From a bacterium (lineage in GTDB: Bacteria > UBA8248 > JACPRG01 > G963555815): DNA of 64,000 bases. Of the stretch, positions 28,973 to 38,163 are shown piece by piece (position 1 is the first letter of the stretch; the number at the start of each line of letters is the position of its first letter). The translations under genes were made by a program, and so were the position numbers. The stretch is taken from the NCBI GenBank assembly GCA_963555815.3, contig CAUVWX020000002.1, positions 352,001-416,000 on the forward strand. The letters are read 5' to 3'. The notes beneath the pieces are model-generated. The model was given only the letters and a program-made list of their open reading frames with translations. It was not told the DNA's origin and did no database searches.

Positions 28973-29758
28973 TCACTGCGGCATCGCCTCGTGGGATCTC
29001 TCTACCCCACGGATGACCTCGATCCCCTCGCCCGGGGCTGTGCCGGGGGCCCCTCCGTAGATCAGTTGAGGGGCTGTGATGCCGGGCGTGTTGGCGGACG
29101 TCTCATCGCGGTTATTTCGAAGCGTCAGGAAGATGCTCCCTTTCGTCGCGGCCAGGGAGAGACGCTCGGCCTGGGCGGGGGTCACAAGGAGGGTCACGAC
29201 CGAAACCTTTTTCGCCTTTGAGTCTCTGCTCTCCAACCTCTGACCCACGGCGAGGACCTCGACGTTTTGAAGGACCAGCTTGCTGATGGTCCCCCTCCTC
29301 CCTCCCCGGTCGTCTAACTCTAACGTCGCCAAGACATCGACCCGGCTCATGGGCAGGAGAAACCCCGCGACACCAATGACTTCGTTTACCCGGATCGTCA
29401 TCGCCCGCATCCCTGGGTCAATGCGGGAGGCCAGCCCTGGGGAAGACCCCTCCGGTACCAATTTAGCAAGGAGGACGGGTTCTCCCTTTAGCAGGTCTGA
29501 CATGGCCACCCGACCCTCCACCTCCTGGACCTTGGCGGCCGCCGCGGCGGGCCTCAAAGGGGCGGGCCAGGAGGCGAGCTCCACGTCCTCTTTTTTGAGC
29601 ATTTCGCCTTGGGCCACATTTGTTGTCATTAGAATGATAGGTTCCAGCTTGGGTTCGGCTGGACCGCCGCCCGAAGAGAAAATGCGGGCTGCCACCAGAG
29701 TCACTAGCAGGCCGATCGCGCCCGAAAGGAGGATGAGCATCGCTCGCTTTCGATTCAT
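28973..29758 (-). CDS. cpaB: Flp pilus assembly protein CpaB/RcpC
   Basis: N-terminal TM, SAF domain, GMRAMTI..VIGVAGFL.P..RVDVL, QNVEVLAVGQ and VTLLVTP motifs. Confidence 0.92.
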   Translation of the reverse strand: MNRKRAMLILLSGAIGLLVTLVAARIFSSGGGPAEPKLEPIILMTTNVAQGEMLKKEDVELASWPAPLRPAAAAAKVQEVEGRVAMSDLLKGEPVLLAKLVPEGSSPGLASRIDPGMRAMTIRVNEVIGVAGFLLPMSRVDVLATLELDDRGGRRGTISKLVLQNVEVLAVGQRLESRDSKAKKVSVVTLLVTPAQAERLSLAATKGSIFLTLRNNRDETSANTPGITAPQLIYGGAPGTAPGEGIEVIRGVERSHEAMPQ

Positions 29759-29790
29759 CTCGGTTCCCTCGAGAGCCTAAACATGCCTTC

Positions 29791-30268
29791 TCACTCGTGA
29801 CGCATCACGGTCGTCTGGCTCAAGGGGATCACGCCCCCCCCAACCGGGGATGAAGGAACCCGTCAGGGATTGGAAAGGATAGGAGACGGCCACTGTGGTC
29901 GAGTCCCCTGTGACGGCACCGTCAACACCAGTCACCGTAACCGTGGCCGCCTGGTCCATCCCCGCAGTCTGCAAGTAGTTGTTCACGGTCGTGGTGACCT
30001 GTCCAGAGCTCACCCCCGCAAGGACGCCCACCCTGGCCCCTTCGCGCGAGGAGTTGGTGATGACCTGGAGCGTCCAGAAGGCCCTGCCGAAATCCGTGAC
30101 GGCCAAAAGGAGGAGAAGCAAGATAGGCAGAACGAGGGCAAATTCGACGAGCGCCTGTCCGCCCCGTCCCTTAGGCCACCAAAACCGACCACGCCGTGCC
30201 GATGGCAATGGCGACTCCGTAGGGCATTGTCCCCCACCTGCCCCAACGTTGTGGCCGTTGAGTCCCAT
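29791..30268 (-). CDS. TadE-like pseudopilin; start uncertain; +1 frameshift at the 8-nt homopolymer 29834-29841
   Basis: GQALVEFALVLP..DFGR...SREGAR. Removing one G gives the ending WGGVIPLSQTTVMRHE* (TGA at 29791-29793). Confidence 0.8.
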
Positions 30269-30674
30269 CTCCCTTTCCAAGCCCCCCTGAGTGGAGTTCC
30301 CCATCGGCTGTCCTCGCACCCCCTCTTCGAAGAAGGAGGAATATGGCCAAGAGCCCGCCTGCAATGGCTGACGCGAGGGCCACTTGGACCCCTTCCCGGG
30401 GCCCCAGGAGGGCGCCAAGGGCAAGGACCAGCTTCAGATCGCCAGCCCCCAAACCTCCTAGCAGATAGGGGATCAGAAAGAAAACCGCCATAAGGACGGC
30501 CCCTCCCAGCGCGAAGAGGAGACCGGTCCACCCTGACCGGGCGAAATGCCATCCAAAGCCGAGGAGCAAGCCCGGGAGGGTCAACCAGTTTGGAATGATC
30601 CCCTTGCGGAGGTCCCAAACCCCGGCTATCCCAACCATCAGGAGGGCAGGAATCCATTCCCCCCCTGATATCAA
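30171..30674 (-). CDS. cpaA: Prepilin peptidase, A24 family (CpaA/TadV)
   Basis: WDLRKGIIPNWL, GLGAGDLKL and MPYGVAIA motifs. Confidence 0.9.
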   Translation of the reverse strand: MISGGEWIPALLMVGIAGVWDLRKGIIPNWLTLPGLLLGFGWHFARSGWTGLLFALGGAVLMAVFFLIPYLLGGLGAGDLKLVLALGALLGPREGVQVALASAIAGGLLAIFLLLRRGGARTADGELHSGGLGKGDGTQRPQRWGRWGTMPYGVAIAIGTAWSVLVA

Positions 30675-30720
30675 AGGATGCCCCCTTTTGGGCCTTTAGG
30701 CAGCGTGCAGGAGCCCGCGC

Positions 30721-30888
30721 CTAAAGGCTTCCGACGATGTTGTTCAAAGTGGTGGTGACGCCCCCGCCCAGCAGGGTCAACGCGGCGATGACAGCGATCG
30801 CCACCAGGGCGATGATGAGAGCGTATTCGGTTAGCCCCTGGCCCTCATCTTTTCTCAACCACCTCAAAAGCCCTTTCCACATCTTCAT
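30721..30888 (-). CDS. flp: Flp pilin, 55 aa (absent from the ORF track)
   Basis: MKMWKGLLRWLRKDEGQGLTEYALIIALVAIAVIAALTLLGGGVTTTLNNIVGSL; G-xxxx-EY motif; GGAGG RBS. Confidence 0.93.
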   Translation of the reverse strand: MKMWKGLLRWLRKDEGQGLTEYALIIALVAIAVIAALTLLGGGVTTTLNNIVGSL

Positions 30889-30962
30889 TTCCTCCCTCTA
30901 GGCCAACCCATTGGCCGGCACAGCGGAATCGCCCGGACTTTCTCCGACCGGGCACTTTTGCA

Positions 30963-31082
30963 TCACTTTTTCCCTTCGATCATGGTCTTAAGTGCTTTGT
31001 GCCTTCGACTGTCCCGCATCAGGTAAACAATGAACGCCAGGGTCAATGCAGCCAGCCAGAAAATCGCAGTCCCAATCTCCAT
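30963..31082 (-). CDS. Small single-TM protein, 39 aa, upstream of flp
   Basis: AAAGGAGAGGGAC-ATG; MEIGTAIFWLAALTLAFIVYLMRDSRRHKALKTMIEGKK (hydrophobic helix plus basic tail). Confidence 0.6.
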   Translation of the reverse strand: MEIGTAIFWLAALTLAFIVYLMRDSRRHKALKTMIEGKK

Positions 31083-31184
31083 GTCCCTCTCCTTTGAAAA
31101 TAGGCCCCTATCACCTTAAAACACCCTAAAAGCGTTAAATAATATCCTCCTTTTTTTTTCAAAACGTCAATAGATGTCAATACC

Positions 31185-32021
31185 TTATTGGGAAATAACC
31201 AGCAAAAGCTCCCGCACCGCCTTTGCCGCCACAATGGCCGAAACCCCTGAAGGGTCAAGACCGGGGGCCAACTCAACGACATCGGCCCCAACCACCTGAC
31301 ACCCTCTCAGAGCGTGAAGGCCCTCCTCCAACGCCCCAAAGCTCCATCCCCCTGGTTCAGGCGTCCCGGTTCCCGGGAGAACCCCCGGATCCAAAACATC
31401 CAGGTCCAGGGTTAAATAAAGAGGATCATTACGGAAGATACTATTGCAAATGCCGTGCCGTTTCAGAACCTGGATCTGACCGGAGCGACGGGCCAGGCCC
31501 ATTTCCTCCTGGGTCCCGGAGCGGACCCCGCACTGATAAACCACTAAATCCTTCGAGAGCCCCAAAATGCGCCTTATCACCGTTGCGTGGGACAGGCGCT
31601 GGCCTTGGTAATCCTCCCGAAGGTCAGCGTGGGCGTCCAGCTGGAGGAGCTGTAGATGGGGGTGGACCGAGATGGCTGCCTCCAGGAGCGGCAGCGTGAT
31701 CAGGTGCTCTCCCCCAAGCGCCAGAACCCGCCGACCCGAGGAGAAGAGCTGGCGGGCCCTTTGCCGGATGACAGAAAGCGAGCCGTCCAGGTCTCCACGC
31801 GGAAGGGTCAGATCGCCAAGGTCCCCGAAGGAGACCTCCTCCAGATCCCGATTTAGAGCCGGGCTGAAGGTCTCAAGACCCTCTGAGGCCTCCCGGATGG
31901 CCGGAGGACCCAGGCGCGCCCCTTGGCGAAAGGTGACCGTTTCCTCCAGGGGACACCCAAGGAGGAGGGTCTTCGTCTCCCCTGTCCGCTTTGAGGCCAG
32001 GAAGCGAATTTCCTCTTCCAA
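31185..32021 (-). CDS. speB: Agmatinase
   Basis: GGEH, DAHADLR, DLDVLDP and GTGTPEPGG motifs. Confidence 0.92.
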   Translation of the reverse strand: MEEEIRFLASKRTGETKTLLLGCPLEETVTFRQGARLGPPAIREASEGLETFSPALNRDLEEVSFGDLGDLTLPRGDLDGSLSVIRQRARQLFSSGRRVLALGGEHLITLPLLEAAISVHPHLQLLQLDAHADLREDYQGQRLSHATVIRRILGLSKDLVVYQCGVRSGTQEEMGLARRSGQIQVLKRHGICNSIFRNDPLYLTLDLDVLDPGVLPGTGTPEPGGWSFGALEEGLHALRGCQVVGADVVELAPGLDPSGVSAIVAAKAVRELLLVISQ

Positions 32022-32077
32022 AGGGAGACCCCCTCCACACACCCCCTCAGGGTCTACACCCCCTCGGGGAAAACCTC

Positions 32078-33016
32078 TTAGGCCTCCAGCCCCTCCCGCA
32101 CAAAATTAGGGAGCACGAAGGCGCTTTGATGAATCTCGGAGTTGTAGTAGCGAGTTTGAATCCCGGAGCCCCTCGCCCGCTCTGTCGAAAAGTCCCGAAG
32201 GGGGTCCCAGCGCTTTGAGGCCAGGGTGAAGCTCCAAAGGGATAGTGGGTAGGTGGGGACAGTGGCCAGGTAGACGCGAACGATAGGGAAAATGGCCCCC
32301 AATTTCTGGCAGACGGACTTCACCAAGTCCAGCTGGGCCATCGCCGACTCGCTCTGGACCACCAGGATCCCATCATCGCGGAGCAGCTTGAAAACATCCT
32401 GATAAAAGGGCGCCTCAAAGAGGCCGACCCCGGGTCCGTAGGGGTCGCTCGAGTCGATGAGGACGACGTCATAGGACGCCCCCTTGTCCTTCACGAATTC
32501 AATCCCGTCTTGAATGGTGATCTCGACGTTGGAGGCGTCGAGGTCCCGGCTTAGCGTCGGGAGGTGCTCTCGAGAGGCCTGAAGGACCATCTCGTCAATC
32601 TCAACCAGGCGGATGTGCCTCAAGGAGCTGTGCTTTCTGGCCTCCCGGACGCTTCCTCCATCCCCGCCACCGATAATCAGGATATCTTGAGGCTGAGGGT
32701 GGGTGAAAAGAGGGACGTGGGCCAGCATTTCGTGATAGATGAATTCGTCAAGCTCCGTGGTCATCACGACCCCGTCCAGCGTGAGCATCCTGCCGAAAGG
32801 GACCGTCTCAAAGACATCGACCCGCTGATAGGGGCTTTCCCCGCTGAACAAGGTCTTCTCGATTCGAACCGTGATCCCGTGGTGCTCGCGGTGAATCTCG
32901 TTAAACCAAAGTTCCAACCGGTAAGATCGCTTCAGCGGCTCTCTTCTCATAGGATTCAATTCAGAGAAATCCTTCTGTAAAATTGACAAAGGTGGCGGGC
33001 GCTTTGACTCCTGCAA
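32078..33016 (-). CDS. speE: Polyamine aminopropyltransferase (spermidine synthase); true start may be downstream
   Basis: LDGVVM..DEFIYHEMLAHVP, IIGGGDGG, VEID, IDSSDP and PTYP motifs. Confidence 0.93.
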   Translation of the reverse strand: MQESKRPPPLSILQKDFSELNPMRREPLKRSYRLELWFNEIHREHHGITVRIEKTLFSGESPYQRVDVFETVPFGRMLTLDGVVMTTELDEFIYHEMLAHVPLFTHPQPQDILIIGGGDGGSVREARKHSSLRHIRLVEIDEMVLQASREHLPTLSRDLDASNVEITIQDGIEFVKDKGASYDVVLIDSSDPYGPGVGLFEAPFYQDVFKLLRDDGILVVQSESAMAQLDLVKSVCQKLGAIFPIVRVYLATVPTYPLSLWSFTLASKRWDPLRDFSTERARGSGIQTRYYNSEIHQSAFVLPNFVREGLEA

Positions 33017-33029
33017 CGATAGGGGGCCT

Positions 33030-33497
33030 TCAGGTCCAGAGCACTACCGCCGCGACTGCCGCCCCGAGACTGGCCACCCGGTGTTCAACGGCCCGGCTGA
33101 CGATCCTTTGGACAGGTTCTCCCCGGATCTCCATCCCCTCCTTGGCCATCTGGATCACCTTTTCTTCGGTTACCTTCCGGCCAGCCCGGTCGGCGTGCTC
33201 CATAATAAGACCCGGCCTGGTCTCGTCCTTCGGGAACGCGATGGCGATTCCCGCCGAGATGATCTCGCCCGGTCGATCCCCTGCAATCCAAGCATAGGCC
33301 ACAGGGACAAAAGCCCCGAAGGGAAGTGAGACAGGGGCAATCTCCCGACAAGCCGGGGGGATGATGCTGCTTGCCTTAATCAAGTTGGTATTTCCGATCT
33401 CGGCCTGAAGGAGAGCGGCGTCGAAGGCGTTCAACTCCGTCGATCCTTCTGCCGCGCCACAAGCCAGGAAGTAGGTCTTCGAAGTAGGAAAGATCAT
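33030..33497 (-). CDS. Pyruvoyl-dependent arginine decarboxylase
   Basis: LNAFDAALL.A.IGNTNLIKASSIIPP with the Ser-Ser self-cleavage site; GLIMEH. Confidence 0.88.
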   Translation of the reverse strand: MIFPTSKTYFLACGAAEGSTELNAFDAALLQAEIGNTNLIKASSIIPPACREIAPVSLPFGAFVPVAYAWIAGDRPGEIISAGIAIAFPKDETRPGLIMEHADRAGRKVTEEKVIQMAKEGMEIRGEPVQRIVSRAVEHRVASLGAAVAAVVLWT

Positions 33498-33582
33498 GGA
33501 GAGCTCGAACGGGGAGAGCCGATGTCGCGAACCGCCAGGACCGCTCGGCGTCGCCTTTGGGCGGCCTTCAAGGAGGCCCGCA

Positions 33583-33981
33583 TCAGCGTGCGCTCAAGAC
33601 GTCGGGTTTGTAACTCAGGGTTTTTCCCCCGGCCCCGAGCGTCCCGCGGGGGATCTCCTGCACCTTCTGGGAACGGGCCCGAAATCTTTCCCTAAGATAA
33701 GTGACCGCCTGATCCGGGTCCAGCCCCTCGCCGCAAGAAAAAAGATCGACGGCGGCGAAGGCGTACTCCGGCCAGGTGTGGATCGCCATGTGGGATTCGG
33801 CGATCACGACGACACCGCTAATGCCATGAGGATTGAAAAAATGGAAAATGCTGTTGACGATGGTAGCGCCTGTCCGGCGGGCTGCCTCCGTCATGGCCTC
33901 CTCAATTTGGGCCATGTCGTTGAGGATTTCAACATCACACTCGTAGTACTCGATCAGAAGGTGACGGCCCAGTACCTTCAA
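33583..33981 (-). CDS. speD: S-adenosylmethionine decarboxylase proenzyme (class 1B)
   Basis: LGRHLLIE, FNPHGISGVVVIAESH.AIHTWPE, AAVDLFSCG; TTG start after GGAGG. Confidence 0.93.
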   Translation of the reverse strand: MKVLGRHLLIEYYECDVEILNDMAQIEEAMTEAARRTGATIVNSIFHFFNPHGISGVVVIAESHMAIHTWPEYAFAAVDLFSCGEGLDPDQAVTYLRERFRARSQKVQEIPRGTLGAGGKTLSYKPDVLSAR

Positions 33982-34216
33982 CGGTCCATCCTCCCCCCGT
34001 GGGCCGCGGCGGCCCCGATGCCCTATATGTCCCCTCGTCTCACCCCCCCCGTCCCCTCTGGAAATACCGAGGACAGGCAACCCATAAAAATACAGCCGGG
34101 AACTTCCCAGCTTTTTGCTGTTGTGGGCCCAGTCCGCCCTGTAAAGCCCCCGCAACTTTCTGAAGGCTCACTATACCAAATTAAAACGCCGATTACGCAA
34201 ACAAAAAAGATAGCGT

Positions 34217-34245
34217 AAATTATTTTGAAAGAGGTCTTCTGTCAA
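34217..34245 (-). promoter_or_regulatory. Putative sigma-70 promoter of the polyamine operon
   Basis: Minus-strand TTGACA (34245-34240)-17 nt-TAATTT (34222-34217) in an AT-rich patch. Confidence 0.55.
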
Positions 34246-34261
34246 GGAATTTCTGGAGCTC

Positions 34262-35158
34262 TCAGCCTTCGTCGCGCCCCGACACCCCCGCCGCCTCCAT
34301 CGCCTCGCGAAAACGGTCCGGGAGCCGGACCCATCCACTCGGGGGCTCCTGGAGCCCTGAGAGAACAGGCTGAAGCTCGTTCAGGCGCTGCTCCGCGCTC
34401 GGATGGGTCCGAAAGAGGGACCGCTCCTCATCCGGGCCCCGGTCCGCCCGGAGTGTCTCCAGGACAGAGACAATCCCTTCCGGGTCATAACCCACATGAG
34501 CGGCGAGCGCCATCCCCTTTCGGTCAGCGTCAAATTCCTTCTGCCTGTCGAGGCCCTCGTCGAAGAGCTTCTTCATGGCGGTGCCAATAATCGCGTCAAA
34601 GCGGTCCGGGTCCCCGCCGAGGGTGGCTAGAGTCACCTTGGAGAGGCCCGAGAGGGCCTTGCTCCTCTGGATCACCTGAAGGATGTGCTTCTCTGTGATG
34701 TGTGAGATCTCGTGGGCCAGAACCCCGGCTAGCTCCGCTTCGCTCGTGACCTTTCGAAGGAGCCCACGCGTCACGAAGACATAGCCCCCCGGAGCGGCGA
34801 AGGCGTTCACCGCCTCGCTCTTCAGGACCGCGAAGTTATACTCCAACTCGGGGCGTTCCGAGCGGTTCGAAAGGGCTCTCCCGAGAAGTCCGAGATAGCG
34901 CATGAGCACGGGGTCTTCGTCTATCCCCCCAAATTGAACCACCACCTGCGTGGCGATGGCTCCCCCGATGGCCCGTTCCTCCTCGATCCCAATCGGAAGA
35001 AGCCCCCCCACCACGGACCCCGCCCCCCGCACAACCGCCTCTCTTCGCTCCGGGTCCCCCAGGGTCTCCCGGGCCACCTCCTCCAGCTCAGCGCAGCCGG
35101 CGAGGAAAAGGACAAGGAGCCCAACAGTGCGAAGGACAACCCTTTTTCTCCTCATCAT
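34262..35158 (-). CDS. M48 family metallopeptidase lipoprotein
   Basis: Lipobox FLAGC; NAFAAPGG, LAHEISH (HExxH), E-DAD and THP motifs. Confidence 0.9.
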   Translation of the reverse strand: MMRRKRVVLRTVGLLVLFLAGCAELEEVARETLGDPERREAVVRGAGSVVGGLLPIGIEEERAIGGAIATQVVVQFGGIDEDPVLMRYLGLLGRALSNRSERPELEYNFAVLKSEAVNAFAAPGGYVFVTRGLLRKVTSEAELAGVLAHEISHITEKHILQVIQRSKALSGLSKVTLATLGGDPDRFDAIIGTAMKKLFDEGLDRQKEFDADRKGMALAAHVGYDPEGIVSVLETLRADRGPDEERSLFRTHPSAEQRLNELQPVLSGLQEPPSGWVRLPDRFREAMEAAGVSGRDEG

Positions 35159-35215
35159 GTCCTCTCCTGAATTTCTGGCCCATCCGTTCTCAAAGGCAGG
35201 CCAGCTGGGGGTTGC

Positions 35216-35707
35216 TCACCGATTGAACTCCCCCACACCTCCCTCAAGGAGGAATCGGTCTACTTCCTCATCGCTCAGCAGGAACTTCTCCACCCGGTTG
35301 ATGGCGGCCACATGTTCTAAGCTGACACCGGTTCGGTCGGCGTAAGCCTCGGCCGTTTTGTCGAGGCCTCTCGCCCCGGCCGACGCTGCCACCTCAGCCG
35401 CCTCTCCCCGGAATCCCCGCCCTAGACGGGACAGCAGGGAATTTCCCCCGCTGGGTCTTTCATCGGAGACGTTCCTGCCGAAAATCCAGCCTTCTTCGCC
35501 CTCCTCTGTCTTAACGAGGAGCCACCCCTCTTCACGGTCTAGGATTTCGAGTGCCTCCCCGAGGCCCACCCGCGTCACAACCCGATCAAGAGAGCTCCTG
35601 CCCTCTCTTAAGCTCGCAGAACGGGCGCGGACGTAGACCGTCTCGGCGTAGGCGATTGCGCCCAGCAAAAGGACCAGAAGCCCTCCCAGGACCAGCCCTT
35701 TTTTCAT
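35216..35707 (-). CDS. Secreted bacterial SH3-domain protein
   Basis: Signal peptide ending AYA; SH3-like WLLVKT..GEEGWI; C-terminal ASAGARGL...VDRFLLEGG. Confidence 0.8.
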   Translation of the reverse strand: MKKGLVLGGLLVLLLGAIAYAETVYVRARSASLREGRSSLDRVVTRVGLGEALEILDREEGWLLVKTEEGEEGWIFGRNVSDERPSGGNSLLSRLGRGFRGEAAEVAASAGARGLDKTAEAYADRTGVSLEHVAAINRVEKFLLSDEEVDRFLLEGGVGEFNR

Positions 35708-35725
35708 CGGCTTCTCCTCATGGAA

Positions 35726-37883
35726 TCACTTTGTCTTCAACTCAAAGACGCCATCCCAATCCTGGGGAGGCGGGTCCTCCAGAAAGTGCAAACAGCGGTC
35801 GAGGTAGACCCGTGAGGGCCTATCTTCGGGGTCAAGGGCCAGGGTCTGTTCGAAGGCGGCCCGGGCTCGGTGCCAATCGTGGTCCTGATAGGCCGAGAGC
35901 CCCTCCAGATAGGTCTCGACCACCTCCGCCTTTTTTGAGGGGAGCTCCCCCTTCCTGGCCAGGAGTTCATAGACCACGGCGGGTTCCCGTCTTCCCTTCA
36001 CCCGTATTCGGTCAATCTCCCGCGCCTCGATGTCTTCCCGGGCGAGGCGATAGGTGTTTTCACCGATGAGGATATGACTGCCGTACTGCTTGTTGGCCCC
36101 TTCAAGGCGGGAGGCCAGATTCACATGGTCACCCATCACAGTGTAATCCATCCGGTTTTGTGAACCCATGTTTCCAACGATCATAGGGCCCGAGTTGACG
36201 CCGATCCGAACCCAGATCTCCGGGTAACCCTCGGCGCGGAATTCCTCTCGGAGCTTAGCCGCCTTCTCCTGATTTGCCAAGGCGGCCCGACAGGCGAGGG
36301 TGGCATGGCGGGGTTGGTCGAGGGGGGTCCCGAAGACAGCCATAATGGCGTCCCCCTCATACTTGTCGAGGAAACCCTCATGCTTAAGGATGATGTCCGT
36401 CATGGCGGTCAGGTAGCGATTCAACAGGGCAACCAGCTTTTCCGGTTCGAGGGACTCTGAGATGGTGGTGAAACCAGCCACGTCCGAGAAGAAAACGCTG
36501 AGCTCTTTCTTCTCCCCCCCCAGCTTGACGTCTTCCGGGTGTTCCAGGATCTTGTTGACCACCGAGGGAGTCATGTAGTGCCCGAAGATGTTTTTGACCT
36601 GACGCTTCCGCTTCCCCTCGGTGAAGTACTCCACCAAAGCGGAAGAGAGGAAGGTGACGAAGATCCCGGCCTCGGGGGTGACGATGTCCATCCAGAGGTT
36701 TCCCCTCTGAAAGATCAGGATGGCCAAGCCGTAGTAAGCGACAGCGTAAAGGAGGATGAGGGAGATCTTGGCCTTAAAAGAGCTGAAGGCGACTAGGGTG
36801 ACGGCCGTCAGGAGGCAGAGGAGCAGGAGGCTGATCAGAAGGACCACCGCCGGTGCCTGGCGCAGGAAATCCCCCGCCAGGATGTTGTCCAAGGCGGTCG
36901 CGTGGATGAAGACCCCGGGTTCCGCGAAGGAAAAGGGGGTGACCCTCAGATCATAGGTCCCGGCCGCGGTTCCAGCGATAAAGACCACCTTGTCCCGAAA
37001 GACCTCGGGATCGATGAGGGGGAAGGCCCCCTCCCGCATCTGAAGGAACGATTCAAGGACCCCGGCGATAGGGTAGACGCGGTAGGTTTTTTGGGCGGGT
37101 CCATGCCACTTCAGGATCATCTCCCCCCGCTTGTTCAGCGGGATGGAGCGGCCGTCCAGTTGAAGGGTTCCGTCGGAGGTCAGCCGCATTTTATCTGCCC
37201 CCAAAACCCGCCGGGCAATGGAAAGAGGAAGAGAGGGATAATACTTCCCGTCGTGTCGGTAGATAGGCCGAAGTCTTCGACTCGGGCCGTCGGAGTCGGA
37301 CTGGAGGTTGATATAGCCCAGGTCCCAGGCCCCCGTGATGAGCTCCAGGATGGGGAGGTTGGGATGGGCGAATTCCTCGATGGGGAGGTCGGAGACGTTC
37401 TCCAGAGAGAGGGAGCTCTTGGTCGACCACACGCGGACCTCCTGCTCCACATCGTCTGCTTCCCCCTCATCCCCCGGCGCTTTGAGGCGACCCGAGTCCC
37501 TTTTCTTTTTCTCAAAGAGCATGGCCAAAATGACATTCCCGGCCTCCTGGACAGAGCGCGCGAATTTATCGTCGAAGCCCTCCCCCCCCCTTATCCGGTT
37601 CAAAAAACTGGATATCGAAGGCGATGGCCTTGGCCCCCGCCGCCTTGAGGAAGTTCACGATGTAGCCATGGACATCCCGAGGCCAGGGCCAACGGCCAAG
37701 CTGCTCTTGATAGGCTTCCAGGCTCGCCTCATCGATCACCACAAAGACGATGTCCTGGCTCGCTTGAGAGGGATCGGCGTAGCGGGTGAACCGGTGGTCG
37801 AGGGATTTCAGTTCAGCCAGCTCAAAGAGGCTGAACTCGTGGAGGATAAAGAGGCTGACAAAGACAGTGAGGCCGACTATCAT
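35726..37883 (-). CDS. CHASE2-domain class III adenylate cyclase; +1 frameshift at the 9-nt homopolymer 37582-37590; start may be near 37930
   Basis: CHASE2 motifs IDEASL..LGRWPWPR, AFDI, DSDG..R and PGVFIHA; three TM helices; cyclase motifs FSDVAGFT, DKYEGDAIMA, DYTVMGDHVNLASRLE and VKGR. Confidence 0.9.
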
Positions 37884-38163
37884 TCCAATGAAGAGGCGCT
37901 TTTTCTCCTTGCGCAGGTGCTCAAAGGCCGGTACCGATGGCGCCTCCCAAATCCATCAGGACAGATCTCCGGCAAAAATTTTCCGGCAAAAATTGCTCCG
38001 AGATCTTTCAACGCGAATAGTGCCCACCCCTTCACCTGCACTCGAAGGTAACACACCCTCAGGTGCCATGCAAGGGACTTGGGCCACAAGGAACTTCCGC
38101 CCCCGCAAGATTGTGAGAGGTCGATGATTCGCTTATAATTCATCTCTTGGGAGGCGTCGGGGT

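Noticed and set aside
27340..29440. Chimeric Tad gene as an assembly duplication
   Set aside because: The duplicated segments differ at about a third of residues, with many synonymous changes. A mis-assembly would give near-identical copies.
30889..30962. c-di-GMP riboswitch upstream of flp
   Set aside because: Two hairpins are present, but the class I GCAAA/tetraloop-receptor pattern and class II features are not recognisable.
34090..34150. SAM-I riboswitch before speD (GGACTGGGCCC resembles the P2 loop)
   Set aside because: The AUC/AGA P1 elements, GCAAC and GUGC core motifs are missing.
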